Source of the DNA: Methylococcaceae bacterium
GTDB taxonomy: Bacteria; Pseudomonadota; Gammaproteobacteria; Methylococcales; Methylococcaceae
Direction: 5' to 3'
Length of the DNA: 64,000 nt
NCBI GenBank assembly: GCA_044350805.1
Contig: JBILGU010000010.1
Location: 8,842-72,841, forward strand
The notes under the pieces are model-generated. The model was not told the DNA's origin. It was given only the letters and a program-made list of their open reading frames with translations, and searched no databases. Positions 1 through 9,215 of this stretch are shown one piece after another. Each line of letters starts with the position of its first letter. Within the stretch, counting starts at the first letter, position 1. Made by a program: the position numbers and the translations under genes.

Positions 1-1
1 A

Positions 2-436
2 AACCTTCCTCTGGAGGAAATTATCCTGAAGTCCTCAGGGGGAATCTTTAACAACGCGGCTCAGATCTGGAATCACACCTTCTATTGGAATGGCCTTAAG
101 CCCAATGGCGGTGGGAAGCCCACCGGCGCGCTTCTCGAGGCCATTGAAAAGGCCTTCGGATCATTTGATGCCTTCAAGGAAGCCTTTACCAAGTGTGCGG
201 TCACCACCTTTGGATCAGGTTGGGCATGGCTTGTGAAAAATGCGGACGGAAGCCTTGCACTGGTGAGTACCAGCAATGCTGCGTGTCCGCTGACTACCGG
301 ACAAACGCCCCTCCTGACCTGTGATGTCTGGGAGCACGCGTACTACATTGACTACCGCAACGCACGTCCCAAATACGTCGAGGAATTCTGGAACGTGGTG
401 AATTGGGATTTTGTGGCTAAGAACTTTCAGGGTTAA
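2..436 (+). CDS. sodB: Fe/Mn-type superoxide dismutase, C-terminal part (5' end lies outside the window)
   Basis: Frame 2 is open from nt 2: [32 protein letters not shown]...[15 protein letters not shown]...[35 protein letters not shown]. The AQxWNHxFYW and DVWEHAYY blocks are SOD hallmarks. Confidence 0.93.
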   Translation, partial: NLPLEEIILKSSGGIFNNAAQIWNHTFYWNGLKPNGGGKPTGALLEAIEKAFGSFDAFKEAFTKCAVTTFGSGWAWLVKNADGSLALVSTSNAACPLTTGQTPLLTCDVWEHAYYIDYRNARPKYVEEFWNVVNWDFVAKNFQG

Positions 437-464
437 TCTGGCCTTAAGGGGCGACATGCCCTGA

Positions 465-490
465 GATCCCGGCCCGTGAGGGTCGGGATC
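465..490 (+). terminator. Stem-loop just after sodB (GATCCCGGCCC-GTGA-GGGTCGGGATC)
   Basis: 11-bp stem with one G-T wobble and a GNRA-type loop, 29 nt after the sodB stop. The trailing sequence TATCCTTTGC is only weakly U-rich. Confidence 0.4.
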
Positions 491-527
491 TATCCTTTGC
501 ACAGCGATCTTCTGTTTGCCCACCTGA

Positions 528-3185
528 ATGGGGCATAATCGGGACCAGCCGCACCTCTCCGGCGCTATTTCCCGATTCATGCAATCCAAAACCCAAGTGA
601 CGCACTGGCTTTTAGATCTTCTCGAACGTGTCGGGGGTTCCGCACTCCTGATGGACGAAGAGGGCATCCTTTTGGGTGCGACGGATTTGGCCTGTCAAAG
701 ATTGGGTCTGAGGTCTAACGAGTTAGCGGGGACTTCCGTCGAAGCCTTGCTGGGGATCACCCTTCATTCATTTTCAGAGGTGACGGGGCAATCGCCCGTC
801 GAAATCACCCTCTATCCTGACGTGCTTCCGACGGCACCTGGGGCGTCAAATGAGGCGCTACGCGCCGAACTGAGAAAGCAGTCACTCGACGGGAAGACAT
901 TCTGGTTGCTGATCTTGGGCTCAGGCCCCCATCCTGCACCGGCGTTGGATGAGAGCGGCGAGCTCTTTAGGGCTTTGGCCATCATCGAAAATGCAGCACT
1001 GATTCTGGGAGATTCTGGGGAGATTCTCTACATCAATCCGGCGACAACCACGATCCTCGGCTATCGCTCGGAGGATCTTCTCCACCAAAAACCCGGTCGT
1101 CTGTTCGACGCCCAAGGACAGTCCACGGAGGGATTTGCGTTTCTTCAGGGTCTTTCAACCGGAACCTTTCCGGACCATTTCAACGCATTGGAGCTCACCG
1201 CCCGAAGTCAGGCAGGGGATGCGGTGCCTGTTGAGGTTCGTCTTGCGACCTTGCCGATCAGTGGTGAAAATCGAACGCTACTCGTGATAAAGGATCTTCG
1301 GCGTCGAAAAATGAATGAGGAACGCCTGATTCTTCTTTCAAGCGCCGTAGAACAGGCCCCTGCCGGCATTCTGATCGCAGATCTCAAGGGCGTGGTTGAG
1401 TATGTCAATGATGGATTCACCAAACTGACCGGCTTTGCCACCGAAGAGGTCGTGGGCCGCAACCTCCTCTCAACGGGATCCGTCATCACTGCCTTTGCCC
1501 GGAATATTCCCTTGTGTTGGCGCATTCTGTCGAGCCGCGAATGGCAGGGCGAGGTTCGGGGGACCCATCGGAATGGTTCGGATTACGCGGCGCTCGTCAC
1601 CTTTTCATCCATTATCGGACCCACTGGAGAGGCGATTCGTCTTCTGGGGCGATTTCAGGATACGACCCATCAGGTGCGGGATCAGGAGGCACTGGCCGAG
1701 AGCGAACAGCGTTTCAGTGAGGTAGCGAAGCTGGTTGGAGAATGGCTTTGGGAGCAGGATGAGTCGGGTTTCTATACCTACAGCAGTGAGGCTGTTTTCG
1801 ACATCCTCGGCTATCAGCCAAATGAACTCATTGGTCGTCATTATCAGGAATTGATGACCGAGTCCGATCGTCTGATTTGGGCTCGATCGCTGCCCCCTGC
1901 AAGTCGGGTTCAGCTTCCTTTCCATCGCCTCACCAATCATTACCTTCACCGCGATGGTCATGAGGTTTTTACGGAATCGAGTGGGACGCCCCTGTTTGAT
2001 GAAAGAGGCAAGGTGGTGAGTTGGCGCGGTGTCGATCGGGACATTACGTCGAGAAAGCTTGCGGAGGACAGAATTCGCCTGCGTGAGCGCGCCATTGAAG
2101 CGGCCAGTGTCGGTATTGTGGTTTCTGATGCCTCCCACAACGATAACCCGATCATTTATGCCAATTCTGCCCTGAGCCGAATTACGGGCTACGCACAGGA
2201 GGAATTTATCGGCAAGAACCTCCGAATGCTCCAGGGGCGGGGGACCGATGAGCAGGATCGGGAAACCATCCGTAATGCCATTGCAAGCGGAACCCGATGC
2301 GAGGTCATCATCCGCAACTATCGAAAGGATGGTCAGGCGTTCTGGAATGAGCTCCAGCTCTCGCCAGTCCTCGATGAGGAAGGGCGGCTGACCCACTATA
2401 TTGGTGTCATCACCGACGTCACCGAGCGGCGGCGGGCGGAAACCGAAACACAGCAGCTGAACGTGGCCCGGGAGATTCAGCTGTCCCTTTTGCCCAAGCA
2501 ACCGGTGCGCCTGCCCGATCTTGAGGTCGCCGGTGTCTGTATCGCAGCAACTCAGGTGGGTGGGGACTATTACGACATGGTGCCCCATGGAGATTACATC
2601 GATCTGGTGGTTGCCGATGTCTCCGGGCACAGCGTAGGCGCAGCCCTGATCATGGCTGAAATGCGCAGTACGCTGAAGGCAGAGCTGCAACGCGTGGATC
2701 CCAAGACGCAAGGGGTGGGCGATCTGCTGGCCGTGCTGAATGATCTATTGATGCCGGATCTTGATGGCGCCGAAATGTTCATCACCATGTTCTACATGCG
2801 CTATCAGAGAAGCTCAGGGGTCTTGCGCTACGCCAGTGCAGGTCATAACCCTGCGATCCTCTTGCGAAAGGGAACATTGGCCTGTGAGCAGCTCAATGCA
2901 GATGGGCTGATCATGGGGGTGAACGCGAATGTGGTCTTTGAGGAAAAGTCGCTGATCCTGGAGCCAGGCGACAGACTGCTGGTCTATACGGATGGTGCGG
3001 TTGAGATGCAGGATGCACAGGGCACATTTTTTGGCACGGAGTCACTGGAAGCGGCTTTTGTGAGACTGCGTGATCGTCATCCGGAGGCGACCCTTGAGAA
3101 TCTTCTCGACGATCTGAGAGCGTTTGGAGGGGAGGCTCGCTTCAATGACGATGTCACGATGGCGGTTTTTGTCATCAAAGAGTAA
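528..3185 (+). CDS. Multi-PAS sensor fused to a PP2C/SpoIIE-type serine phosphatase (RsbU-like output)
   Basis: 885-codon ORF with several PAS-like blocks (IENAALILGDSGEILYINPA..; APAGILIADLKGVVEYVNDGFTKLTGF..; EWLWEQDESGFYTYSSEAVFDILGYQPNELIG..; a LOV-like block). The C-terminal PP2C block reads GGDYYDM..VADVSGHSVGAAL..FITMFY..SAGHNP..VYTDGAVE..NDDVTMAVF. ATG 528 and ATG 579 are both possible starts. Confidence 0.9.
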   Translation: MGHNRDQPHLSGAISRFMQSKTQVTHWLLDLLERVGGSALLMDEEGILLGATDLACQRLGLRSNELAGTSVEALLGITLHSFSEVTGQSPVEITLYPDVLPTAPGASNEALRAELRKQSLDGKTFWLLILGSGPHPAPALDESGELFRALAIIENAALILGDSGEILYINPATTTILGYRSEDLLHQKPGRLFDAQGQSTEGFAFLQGLSTGTFPDHFNALELTARSQAGDAVPVEVRLATLPISGENRTLLVIKDLRRRKMNEERLILLSSAVEQAPAGILIADLKGVVEYVNDGFTKLTGFATEEVVGRNLLSTGSVITAFARNIPLCWRILSSREWQGEVRGTHRNGSDYAALVTFSSIIGPTGEAIRLLGRFQDTTHQVRDQEALAESEQRFSEVAKLVGEWLWEQDESGFYTYSSEAVFDILGYQPNELIGRHYQELMTESDRLIWARSLPPASRVQLPFHRLTNHYLHRDGHEVFTESSGTPLFDERGKVVSWRGVDRDITSRKLAEDRIRLRERAIEAASVGIVVSDASHNDNPIIYANSALSRITGYAQEEFIGKNLRMLQGRGTDEQDRETIRNAIASGTRCEVIIRNYRKDGQAFWNELQLSPVLDEEGRLTHYIGVITDVTERRRAETETQQLNVAREIQLSLLPKQPVRLPDLEVAGVCIAATQVGGDYYDMVPHGDYIDLVVADVSGHSVGAALIMAEMRSTLKAELQRVDPKTQGVGDLLAVLNDLLMPDLDGAEMFITMFYMRYQRSSGVLRYASAGHNPAILLRKGTLACEQLNADGLIMGVNANVVFEEKSLILEPGDRLLVYTDGAVEMQDAQGTFFGTESLEAAFVRLRDRHPEATLENLLDDLRAFGGEARFNDDVTMAVFVIKE
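2091..2430 (+). other. LOV-type PAS subdomain lacking the adduct-forming cysteine
   Basis: GIVVSDASHNDNPIIYANSALSRITGYAQEEFIGKNLRMLQGRGTD...IIRNYRKDGQAFWNELQLSPV...HYIGVITDV aligns without gaps to phototropin LOV2 as I remember it ([46 protein letters not shown]...INYTKSGKKFWNLFHLQPM...YFIGVQLD). The Cys position is Leu (CTC 2220-2222). The terminal Gln position is Ile (ATC 2409-2411). Confidence 0.6.
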
Positions 3186-3251
3186 GAGTGCCTAGGATCC
3201 TGGCCTCACGTTGGTTACAATTTATCCCATCCACCCCAAGCGACATCCGCC

Positions 3252-3596
3252 ATGACCCAAAAGCTTCTCGTACTGCTTCTTGGCTCCCTTTTGCTGGCCT
3301 GTTCGGGTTCTCCTCCAGCGCCAGAGGTCGTCAAAACCCCGGATGCGGCTCATGGCCGATCGCTTTATCAGCAGCAATGTTCGGGGTGTCATGATGCGGG
3401 AAAGAATGCCCCCTCACTCCGAGATCCGGAAGACTGGGACATCAAGCATTTGGATGCGCCGGGCATTGTACAGAAACACCAGTCGATGCGGATGCCGTCA
3501 GGCTTCAAAGGCCCGGGTCGCCTGTCGCCTCAGGAGGAGCGAGATATTCTCTTCTATCTCAGAACGGCCATTGATGAGGCTGAGCTCAAGTACTAA
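3252..3596 (+). CDS. Small c-type cytochrome, probable lipoprotein
   Basis: Signal peptide with lipobox LLLACSG, a single haem motif CSGCH, and a downstream Met (HQSMRMP) as candidate sixth ligand. 114 aa. Confidence 0.8.
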   Translation: MTQKLLVLLLGSLLLACSGSPPAPEVVKTPDAAHGRSLYQQQCSGCHDAGKNAPSLRDPEDWDIKHLDAPGIVQKHQSMRMPSGFKGPGRLSPQEERDILFYLRTAIDEAELKY

Positions 3597-4239
3597 GTCC
3601 TGCTGATATCGCGGTTCTTCCGGGATGTTCGCATAGATCGGCGATCACGCAGGCTTCGCACCGCGGTTTACGGGCGGTACAAACGTAGCGTCCGTGCAGG
3701 ATCAGAAGGTGATGGGCATCCTTGAGGAAGGCCCTGGGAGTGGTTTTCATGAGCTTGTGCTCGACCTCGAGGACCGTCTTTCCGGGAGCCAGTCGGATTC
3801 GATTGGCTAATCTGAAAATGTGGGTATCGACCGCAATGGTCGGTTCGCCGAATGCGGTATTCAAAATCACATTGGCTGTTTTTCGCCCAACACCCGGTAA
3901 AGCCTCGAGCGCCGCCCGATGCCTCGGCACTTCGCCGTTGTGTTCAGCCACCAGGATTTGGCACAGGGCGATGATGTGTTTGGCCTTGCTGTTGAAAAGG
4001 CCGATGGAGCTGATGAACGAACGGAGTCTTGCATCGCCGAGGGCGAGGATAGCGTCTGGCGTATTGGCTTCAGGAAAAAGGATTCGGGTTGCCTTGTTGA
4101 CCCCTTTGTCGGTGGCTTGCGCTGAGAGAACGACGGCAACCAGAAGTTCAAATGGCGAGGTGTAAAGGAGTTCGGTTTCCGGTGAGGGAATGGCTTTGGC
4201 CAGTCGCTCGAAGATTCTGAGGCGCTTTTCTGCGTTCAC
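3586..4239 (-). CDS. nth: Endonuclease III
   Basis: SPFELLVAVVLSAQATDKGVN, HhH-GPD LPGVGRKTANVILN, and the C-terminal Fe-S ladder CTARKPRCEACVIADLC. The ORF is open to 4293, but GTG 4239 matches the usual N-terminus (VNAEKRLRIFERL; compare E. coli MNKAKRLEIL) and makes a GTGA overlap with the rnfE stop. Confidence 0.9.
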   Translation of the reverse strand: MNAEKRLRIFERLAKAIPSPETELLYTSPFELLVAVVLSAQATDKGVNKATRILFPEANTPDAILALGDARLRSFISSIGLFNSKAKHIIALCQILVAEHNGEVPRHRAALEALPGVGRKTANVILNTAFGEPTIAVDTHIFRLANRIRLAPGKTVLEVEHKLMKTTPRAFLKDAHHLLILHGRYVCTARKPRCEACVIADLCEHPGRTAISAGLST

Positions 4240-4946
4240 TTTCGGTCCAGTGGGATGGGACGTGATTCTGAGGGGCGGTTTGCCACCAGCCAATTCCGAA
4301 AGGCCAAAAGCAGGCCCAAAAGTATAAAAGCGCCTGCGGGCAACAAAGCGACCTGAAAGCCTGGGTAGTCTTTGAGCAGGATGAGAGCCCAGTCGCTTGC
4401 GGCCTTCCCGAAGAGCTGCTCTGCGTTCTGGAAAAGACCCCCGGTGCCCAGAATTTCCCGAATGGCACCCAAAAGGCAGATCACCCAGGTGAACCCAAGC
4501 CCCATAAAGAGACCATCAGCCAGCGAGAGGGAGACACTCTGCCGGTAGGCAAATGCCTCAATACGTCCAAGAATTGCGCAATTGGTCACAATCAGGGGAA
4601 TAAAGAGCCCGATCACCCGATGGATGTCGGGAATCAGGGCTTCCATCACAAAGTCGGCGATGGTGACCATCGAGGCCAGGACGATCATGAAAAGAGGAAG
4701 ACGAACGGAATCTGCGATCCGATGTTTCAGGAGTGATATCAGCCCCGATGAAGCCCAGAGGACCGAGGTCGTAGCAAGTCCGAGGACCAGGGCATGCACG
4801 AAGTTCGTGCTGACTGCCAGAAGAGGGCACAGCCCCAGCAGGCCGACCAGGGCCGGATTCCTGGACCACAGGCCCTCTTCTGCAAGTGCCCTCATTTTGT
4901 TGGGTCGCTTTTCCACAGTCTCAAGGTCCTTCTTGGGTTTCGCCAT
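4236..4946 (-). CDS. rnfE: Rnf/Rsx electron transport complex subunit E
   Basis: GLWSRNPALVGLLGLCPLLAVS and FIPLIVTNCAILGR are typical RnfE/RsxE/NqrD-type blocks in a polytopic protein. The alternative start ATG 4895 (MRALAEEGLW) cannot be excluded. Confidence 0.9.
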   Translation of the reverse strand: MAKPKKDLETVEKRPNKMRALAEEGLWSRNPALVGLLGLCPLLAVSTNFVHALVLGLATTSVLWASSGLISLLKHRIADSVRLPLFMIVLASMVTIADFVMEALIPDIHRVIGLFIPLIVTNCAILGRIEAFAYRQSVSLSLADGLFMGLGFTWVICLLGAIREILGTGGLFQNAEQLFGKAASDWALILLKDYPGFQVALLPAGAFILLGLLLAFRNWLVANRPSESRPIPLDRK

Positions 4947-5586
4947 TCGTTCTTAAGATTTTCAAGCTGTCATAAACGCCCTTGACGACAGCTCTGGGTG
5001 TGATGGTGGCGCCTGTGAACTGATCGAACATCCCGCCGTCTTTCTTGACGTGCCAGAGTGCCTCTTGTGGATTTTCCAGACTTTTACCCTCAAATGCCCT
5101 GATCCACGAGGAACGGGCCGTTTCAATCAAGTCGCCAAGGCCAGGGGTTTCCCGATGACGTATCACCCTGACACCCATGATTTTCCCGTCGGGCCGAACC
5201 GCCATGGCAAACTCGATATCTCCACTGTAGCCTTTCGCTGTGGTCGCCTTCAAGAAGAGCGCATGGAGGATTTTGCCCTCTCGAAGACGATAGAGTTGCA
5301 CGCTGGAAAGCCCCGTCTCCAGATTTGAGATGTTCACGACCTCTTGAAGGGAAAAGGGTGTCAATGCCTTTTCTGGCATCAGTTCCTGGAGCGTCAGGAG
5401 CAGTCTTTGGGCTTCATGCTGCTCGACCGCAGGACGGGTCGCAAAAAAGAAAAGGGAGGTCAAGACAGTCCCCACAGCGGCAAACACCCACATCAGGACG
5501 GCAGGCCGGGCCGAATCAAGCCAGCGCTTCAGCTGTGTGAGTCGCGTTTTAATTTGACTCGGAAACATCGGTCTTGCCGGAATCAT
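4921..5586 (-). CDS. rnfG: Rnf complex subunit G (FMN-binding)
   Basis: One N-terminal TM helix, then an FMN_bind-type region (GYSGDIEFAMAV..VRVIRHRETPGLGD) and a flavinylation-type motif FTGATITPRAV. 221 aa, so it is G and not D. Confidence 0.88.
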   Translation of the reverse strand: MIPARPMFPSQIKTRLTQLKRWLDSARPAVLMWVFAAVGTVLTSLFFFATRPAVEQHEAQRLLLTLQELMPEKALTPFSLQEVVNISNLETGLSSVQLYRLREGKILHALFLKATTAKGYSGDIEFAMAVRPDGKIMGVRVIRHRETPGLGDLIETARSSWIRAFEGKSLENPQEALWHVKKDGGMFDQFTGATITPRAVVKGVYDSLKILRTNGETQEGP

Positions 5587-7108
5587 TGCCTGCTTTTAAG
5601 CGTTGCTCTCGTCTCAGTCGGGCACGCTCAAGCGCTTCCTGAATTTGGGGCTTTGCTTCCTGACCCAATGCATTTTTTCGCGCCTCAGCCTCCTGTTCAC
5701 GCTCAAGCTGCTGACGCTTGAGGCGGGCCAGTCGGGCCTGATATCGGCTCTGCGCTTTTCGGGCCAACCGTTCGTCAGTCAGGTATCGGCGAAGTTGTTG
5801 CTTGCCGCTGCGAAATCGCTCGGTCAGGGGAATGAGGCTTGGGCAGACCACATCGCAACAGCCGCACTCGATGCAATCGAGAAGATGGAGGTTTTCAAGT
5901 TCAACCAGTCTTTTCGCCTTCACCTGATCATGGAGGCTTTGTGGAAGAAGCCCTTGAGGGCAGGCATCGGTGCAGGCCCCACACCGAATGCAGGGTTGCT
6001 CGACCCGGTTTGAGGGTGCAGGAAGGTCGGAGTGATCCAGAACCAATAGGGCTGATGTGGTCTTGGTGATCGGTATCTGCGTGCTGGAAACTGAAAAACC
6101 CATCATGGGTCCGCCGAGGATCAGATGTTCCGCACCGTGCCTGACTCCCCCGCAGGCTTCAAGAAGAAAACTAATGGGCGTTCCGATAAGAACGTCCAGA
6201 TTGGAGGGTGTGTGAATGCCGCTTCCTGAAACCGTCAGGATCCGACGCGTCAACGTCTCCCCTTTTTCAATGGCAGCCCCCCCGGCGAGAACCGTCTGTA
6301 CATTCAGGCAGAGAATGCCGTGATCGACCGGGTGAGTCCCGCCGGGCATCGTCCTTCCGCTCACGGTCTGGATCAGTTGTCGTTCCCCTCCCGCGGGGTA
6401 GCGATCCGGCAGGGCAAAGACCCCGCACAGGGGAAATGCACCGTCATTGAGTGAAGTTTGAAGGGAATTGAGCGCGTTGGATCGGGAGGATTCCACGGCA
6501 ACAAGGACTCTGGGAATCTTGAAAATACGAGCTAAAAGCTCGGCCGATCGGAGGAGTTCTGTTGTCTTCTCACGAATGGCGCGCTCATCACAGGTCAGGA
6601 AGGGTTCGCATTCTGCCCCATTGATGAGGAGGAGCTGCAAAGGGCCCGAAAGTCTTTTGATTTTCTGTGTCGTAGGAAACCCCGCCCCGCCCATCCCCAA
6701 AACGCCGCAGGCATGGAGTCTCTGGAGCGCCGACTCACCGCAACGGTCCGCGCCTTCGAGTGGGGGAAGCACTGGCATCCTGAGATCAAGGCCATCAGTC
6801 TCGATGCCGATCAAGGGGGTATTCGGGCCCCCTTGGGAGGGGCCTTCCTGAAAGATCACTCTTCCTGAACTGGTGGCGCAAATCGGCGGATCGAATCCAT
6901 CGGGACAAAGGGCAAGGGGGGTGCCTGATTTGACCTCATCACCGGCTTTCACAATGGGCACGGCCCGGTGTCCTGATAGAAGCTCAAGGGGGTAAAGGAG
7001 GAGGGGAGGAATCCCTGCGCTTCGGATGGGGGCTTCACTGGAAAGGGCCTTGCGGGCAGCCAGTGGGATGCCCCCCCAGAAATCGGCCGAAGTCTTCCAT
7101 GGCCTCAT
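5549..7108 (-). CDS. rnfC: Rnf complex subunit C
   Basis: GMGGAGFPT nucleotide/FMN block plus two ferredoxin motifs, [12 protein letters not shown] and [15 protein letters not shown] 7108 gives an ATGA overlap with the rnfB stop. The ORF extension to 7195 lies inside rnfB. Confidence 0.92.
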   Translation of the reverse strand: MRPWKTSADFWGGIPLAARKALSSEAPIRSAGIPPLLLYPLELLSGHRAVPIVKAGDEVKSGTPLALCPDGFDPPICATSSGRVIFQEGPSQGGPNTPLIGIETDGLDLRMPVLPPLEGADRCGESALQRLHACGVLGMGGAGFPTTQKIKRLSGPLQLLLINGAECEPFLTCDERAIREKTTELLRSAELLARIFKIPRVLVAVESSRSNALNSLQTSLNDGAFPLCGVFALPDRYPAGGERQLIQTVSGRTMPGGTHPVDHGILCLNVQTVLAGGAAIEKGETLTRRILTVSGSGIHTPSNLDVLIGTPISFLLEACGGVRHGAEHLILGGPMMGFSVSSTQIPITKTTSALLVLDHSDLPAPSNRVEQPCIRCGACTDACPQGLLPQSLHDQVKAKRLVELENLHLLDCIECGCCDVVCPSLIPLTERFRSGKQQLRRYLTDERLARKAQSRYQARLARLKRQQLEREQEAEARKNALGQEAKPQIQEALERARLRREQRLKAGNDSGKTDVSESN

Positions 7109-7623
7109 GGGGCGAATCTCCGAACCTCGGGGCGAGCCACCATTTCGATGCAGTCGACCGGACAGCTCGGAATGCATAATTCGCAGCCCGTGCATTCATC
7201 GGCAATGACCGTATGCATGAAGCGTGATGCACCCAGAATGGCATCAACCGGGCACGCCTTGAGGCAGAGCGCACAGCCAATGCAACGGGGTTCGTCAATG
7301 ACCGCGACGGCAGGATCCTTTTGGTGTCCTCGCGTCTCGTCAGCGGCTAAGGGCTCGCGGCCTAAAAGGTCGGCTAAAGCCAAAATCAGGGAGTCCCCGC
7401 CCGGTGGGCATTGATTGATGTCGGCTTCATGATGGGCAATGGCTTCCGCATAGGGGCGGCATCCCGGAAAACCACATTGCGCACATTGGGTCTGGGGAAG
7501 GAGCTTCTCAATTTCGACCACCAGCGATTCTTCATTGGCCGGCATTCGCGCAGCAAGGGTCTCCAAAAGAAGACCAAGGAGGCCAAAAAGGCCAACGATG
7601 ATGACAAGGGCAATGAGGGCCAC
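7105..7623 (-). CDS. rnfB: Rnf complex subunit B
   Basis: N-terminal TM helix, [15 protein letters not shown] cluster, and two 4Fe-4S motifs [12 protein letters not shown] and [12 protein letters not shown]. Confidence 0.92.
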   Translation of the reverse strand: MALIALVIIVGLFGLLGLLLETLAARMPANEESLVVEIEKLLPQTQCAQCGFPGCRPYAEAIAHHEADINQCPPGGDSLILALADLLGREPLAADETRGHQKDPAVAVIDEPRCIGCALCLKACPVDAILGASRFMHTVIADECTGCELCIPSCPVDCIEMVARPEVRRFAP

Positions 7624-7626
7624 GCC

Positions 7627-8208
7627 TTAAATCCTGATCATGCCGGAAAAGCCGCTGAACGCGATGGCCGCGATACCTGCCGTAATGAGGCCGATGGCGG
7701 CTCCCTGAAAAGGTTTTGGAACATCGGCGATTTCGATGCGTTCTCTGACGCTGCTGAAAAGAATCAGCACCAGAACGAAACCCAGGGAGGCCCCCAGGCT
7801 GAAAAACAGGGTCTCCAGAAGACCGGCATCTTTTCTCGCGCTCAGGAGAGTGACGCCAAGCACAGCGCAGTTCGTCGTAATCAGCGGGAGATAAAGGCCC
7901 AACGCCTCAAAAAGACGAGGACTATGCGCTTTCATTGCCAGCTCTGAGGCCTGGACGACCGCGGCGATCAGACCAATGAACACCAACGTTCTCAAATGTC
8001 CCGCGCCAAGGGGCGATAAAACGAAATGGTCGACGAGAAAGGTGGTCATCGTCGCGAGGGTCATGACAAAGAGGGTAGCAAGCCCCAGACCAAACGCAGT
8101 ATCGAGGCGCCGGGAAGCCCCCATCAGGGGGCAAAGGCCCAAAAACTGGGTCAGGACAACATTGTTGACGATGAGCGCGCTGACCAGAATCAGAAGGAGG
8201 TGGCTCAT
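7627..8208 (-). CDS. rnfA: Rnf complex subunit A
   Basis: VNNVVLTQFLGLCPLMG and LYLPLITTNCAVLGV blocks in a 193-aa six-TM-type protein. The start ATG overlaps the gluQ stop (ATGA at 8205-8208). Confidence 0.93.
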   Translation of the reverse strand: MSHLLLILVSALIVNNVVLTQFLGLCPLMGASRRLDTAFGLGLATLFVMTLATMTTFLVDHFVLSPLGAGHLRTLVFIGLIAAVVQASELAMKAHSPRLFEALGLYLPLITTNCAVLGVTLLSARKDAGLLETLFFSLGASLGFVLVLILFSSVRERIEIADVPKPFQGAAIGLITAGIAAIAFSGFSGMIRI

Positions 8209-9215
8209 GCGGGGATTCTATTGTCTTCGATCACGAGAGATGGCGCGCCTTGAAGGGCGCCAAGGTTCCATTGAGGAATAGCCCACCCCAGAAGTTCCTT
8301 GGGGCTCATCCCAGTCAGAGGCTCGGTTGCTTCAATGCCAAGCTGCTTGAGCAGGTACCGGATCACTCGACCTCCCTGATCAGGGTCAAGGGGCGGGGCA
8401 CCTTCTGATTTGCTCAACTTGCGGCCATCCGGAGTGATCATGAGCGGGGTGTGGGTATAGATGGGGGTGGAATACCCCAAAGCCTGCTGAAGAAAAATCT
8501 GTTGTGGGGTGGAATCCAGAAGATCCTGGCCGCGGACCACGTGGGTGATCCCTGCGCGATGGTCGTCTACCACAGTGGCCAGATGATAAGCATAGACATT
8601 ATCCCTGCGGAAGAGAATGAAATCGCCTGACAGTGCGTGAGGGGACCTCTCGATCCGTCCCTTGATCCGATCACAGAAGACCCAAGGGGAATCTGGCGTG
8701 CGAATTCGAAGGGCATTTTCCCCTGCTCTAAAGACGTGTCCCGCCGTTCGGCATTGGCCAGGACAGCTGCCGTCCCTGGATGCATGAAGCTGGGTCGTCT
8801 CTCGTCGTGTGCATTCACAGGCATAGATTCTGCCCTGATCCTGAAGGGTATCCAGAGCCTCTTGATAGGCCGCAAGATTTTGGCTTTGGTAGACGACGTC
8901 TTCGTCCCATTCAAGAGAGAGGGATTCCAGCGTTCTCAGGATGAGGTCCGTCATACCGGGTTTGGTCCGCGGTGTGTCTAGATCATCGATTCTGAGGAGC
9001 CAATGACCTCCCGCAGCGCGTGCGTCGAGGTAGCTCGCAAGAGCGGTGAGGAGGGATCCGAGATGAAGGGGGCCGCTGGGCGTTGGCGCAAAACGACCCC
9101 GGTAGGCGGTCGGCTGGGTTGCCGCGCCAGCGAGTGAGGGGACTGCTGAGGGAGCGCGGGCGATCAGCTGACCTGTCTTTCCCTGATTTCGTCCAGAGTC
9201 TTGCAGTCGATGCAC
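8205..9215 (-). CDS. gluQ: Glutamyl-Q tRNA(Asp) synthetase (truncated GluRS paralogue)
   Basis: YRGRFAPTPSGPLHLGSL (HIGH-type), a Zn-type Cys cluster (CECTRRE...CPGQC), KLSKSEGAP (KMSKS-type), and no anticodon-binding domain. The start is uncertain: ATG 9215 lies 52 nt inside dksA, and conserved sequence begins about codon 36. Confidence 0.85.
   Translation of the reverse strand: MHRLQDSGRNQGKTGQLIARAPSAVPSLAGAATQPTAYRGRFAPTPSGPLHLGSLLTALASYLDARAAGGHWLLRIDDLDTPRTKPGMTDLILRTLESLSLEWDEDVVYQSQNLAAYQEALDTLQDQGRIYACECTRRETTQLHASRDGSCPGQCRTAGHVFRAGENALRIRTPDSPWVFCDRIKGRIERSPHALSGDFILFRRDNVYAYHLATVVDDHRAGITHVVRGQDLLDSTPQQIFLQQALGYSTPIYTHTPLMITPDGRKLSKSEGAPPLDPDQGGRVIRYLLKQLGIEATEPLTGMSPKELLGWAIPQWNLGALQGAPSLVIEDNRIPA

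Noticed and set aside
1605-2711. 368-aa ORF on the minus strand
   Set aside because: It is entirely antisense to the well-supported PAS/PP2C gene. The composition is Arg/Gly/Pro-rich with no motifs, a typical shadow ORF.
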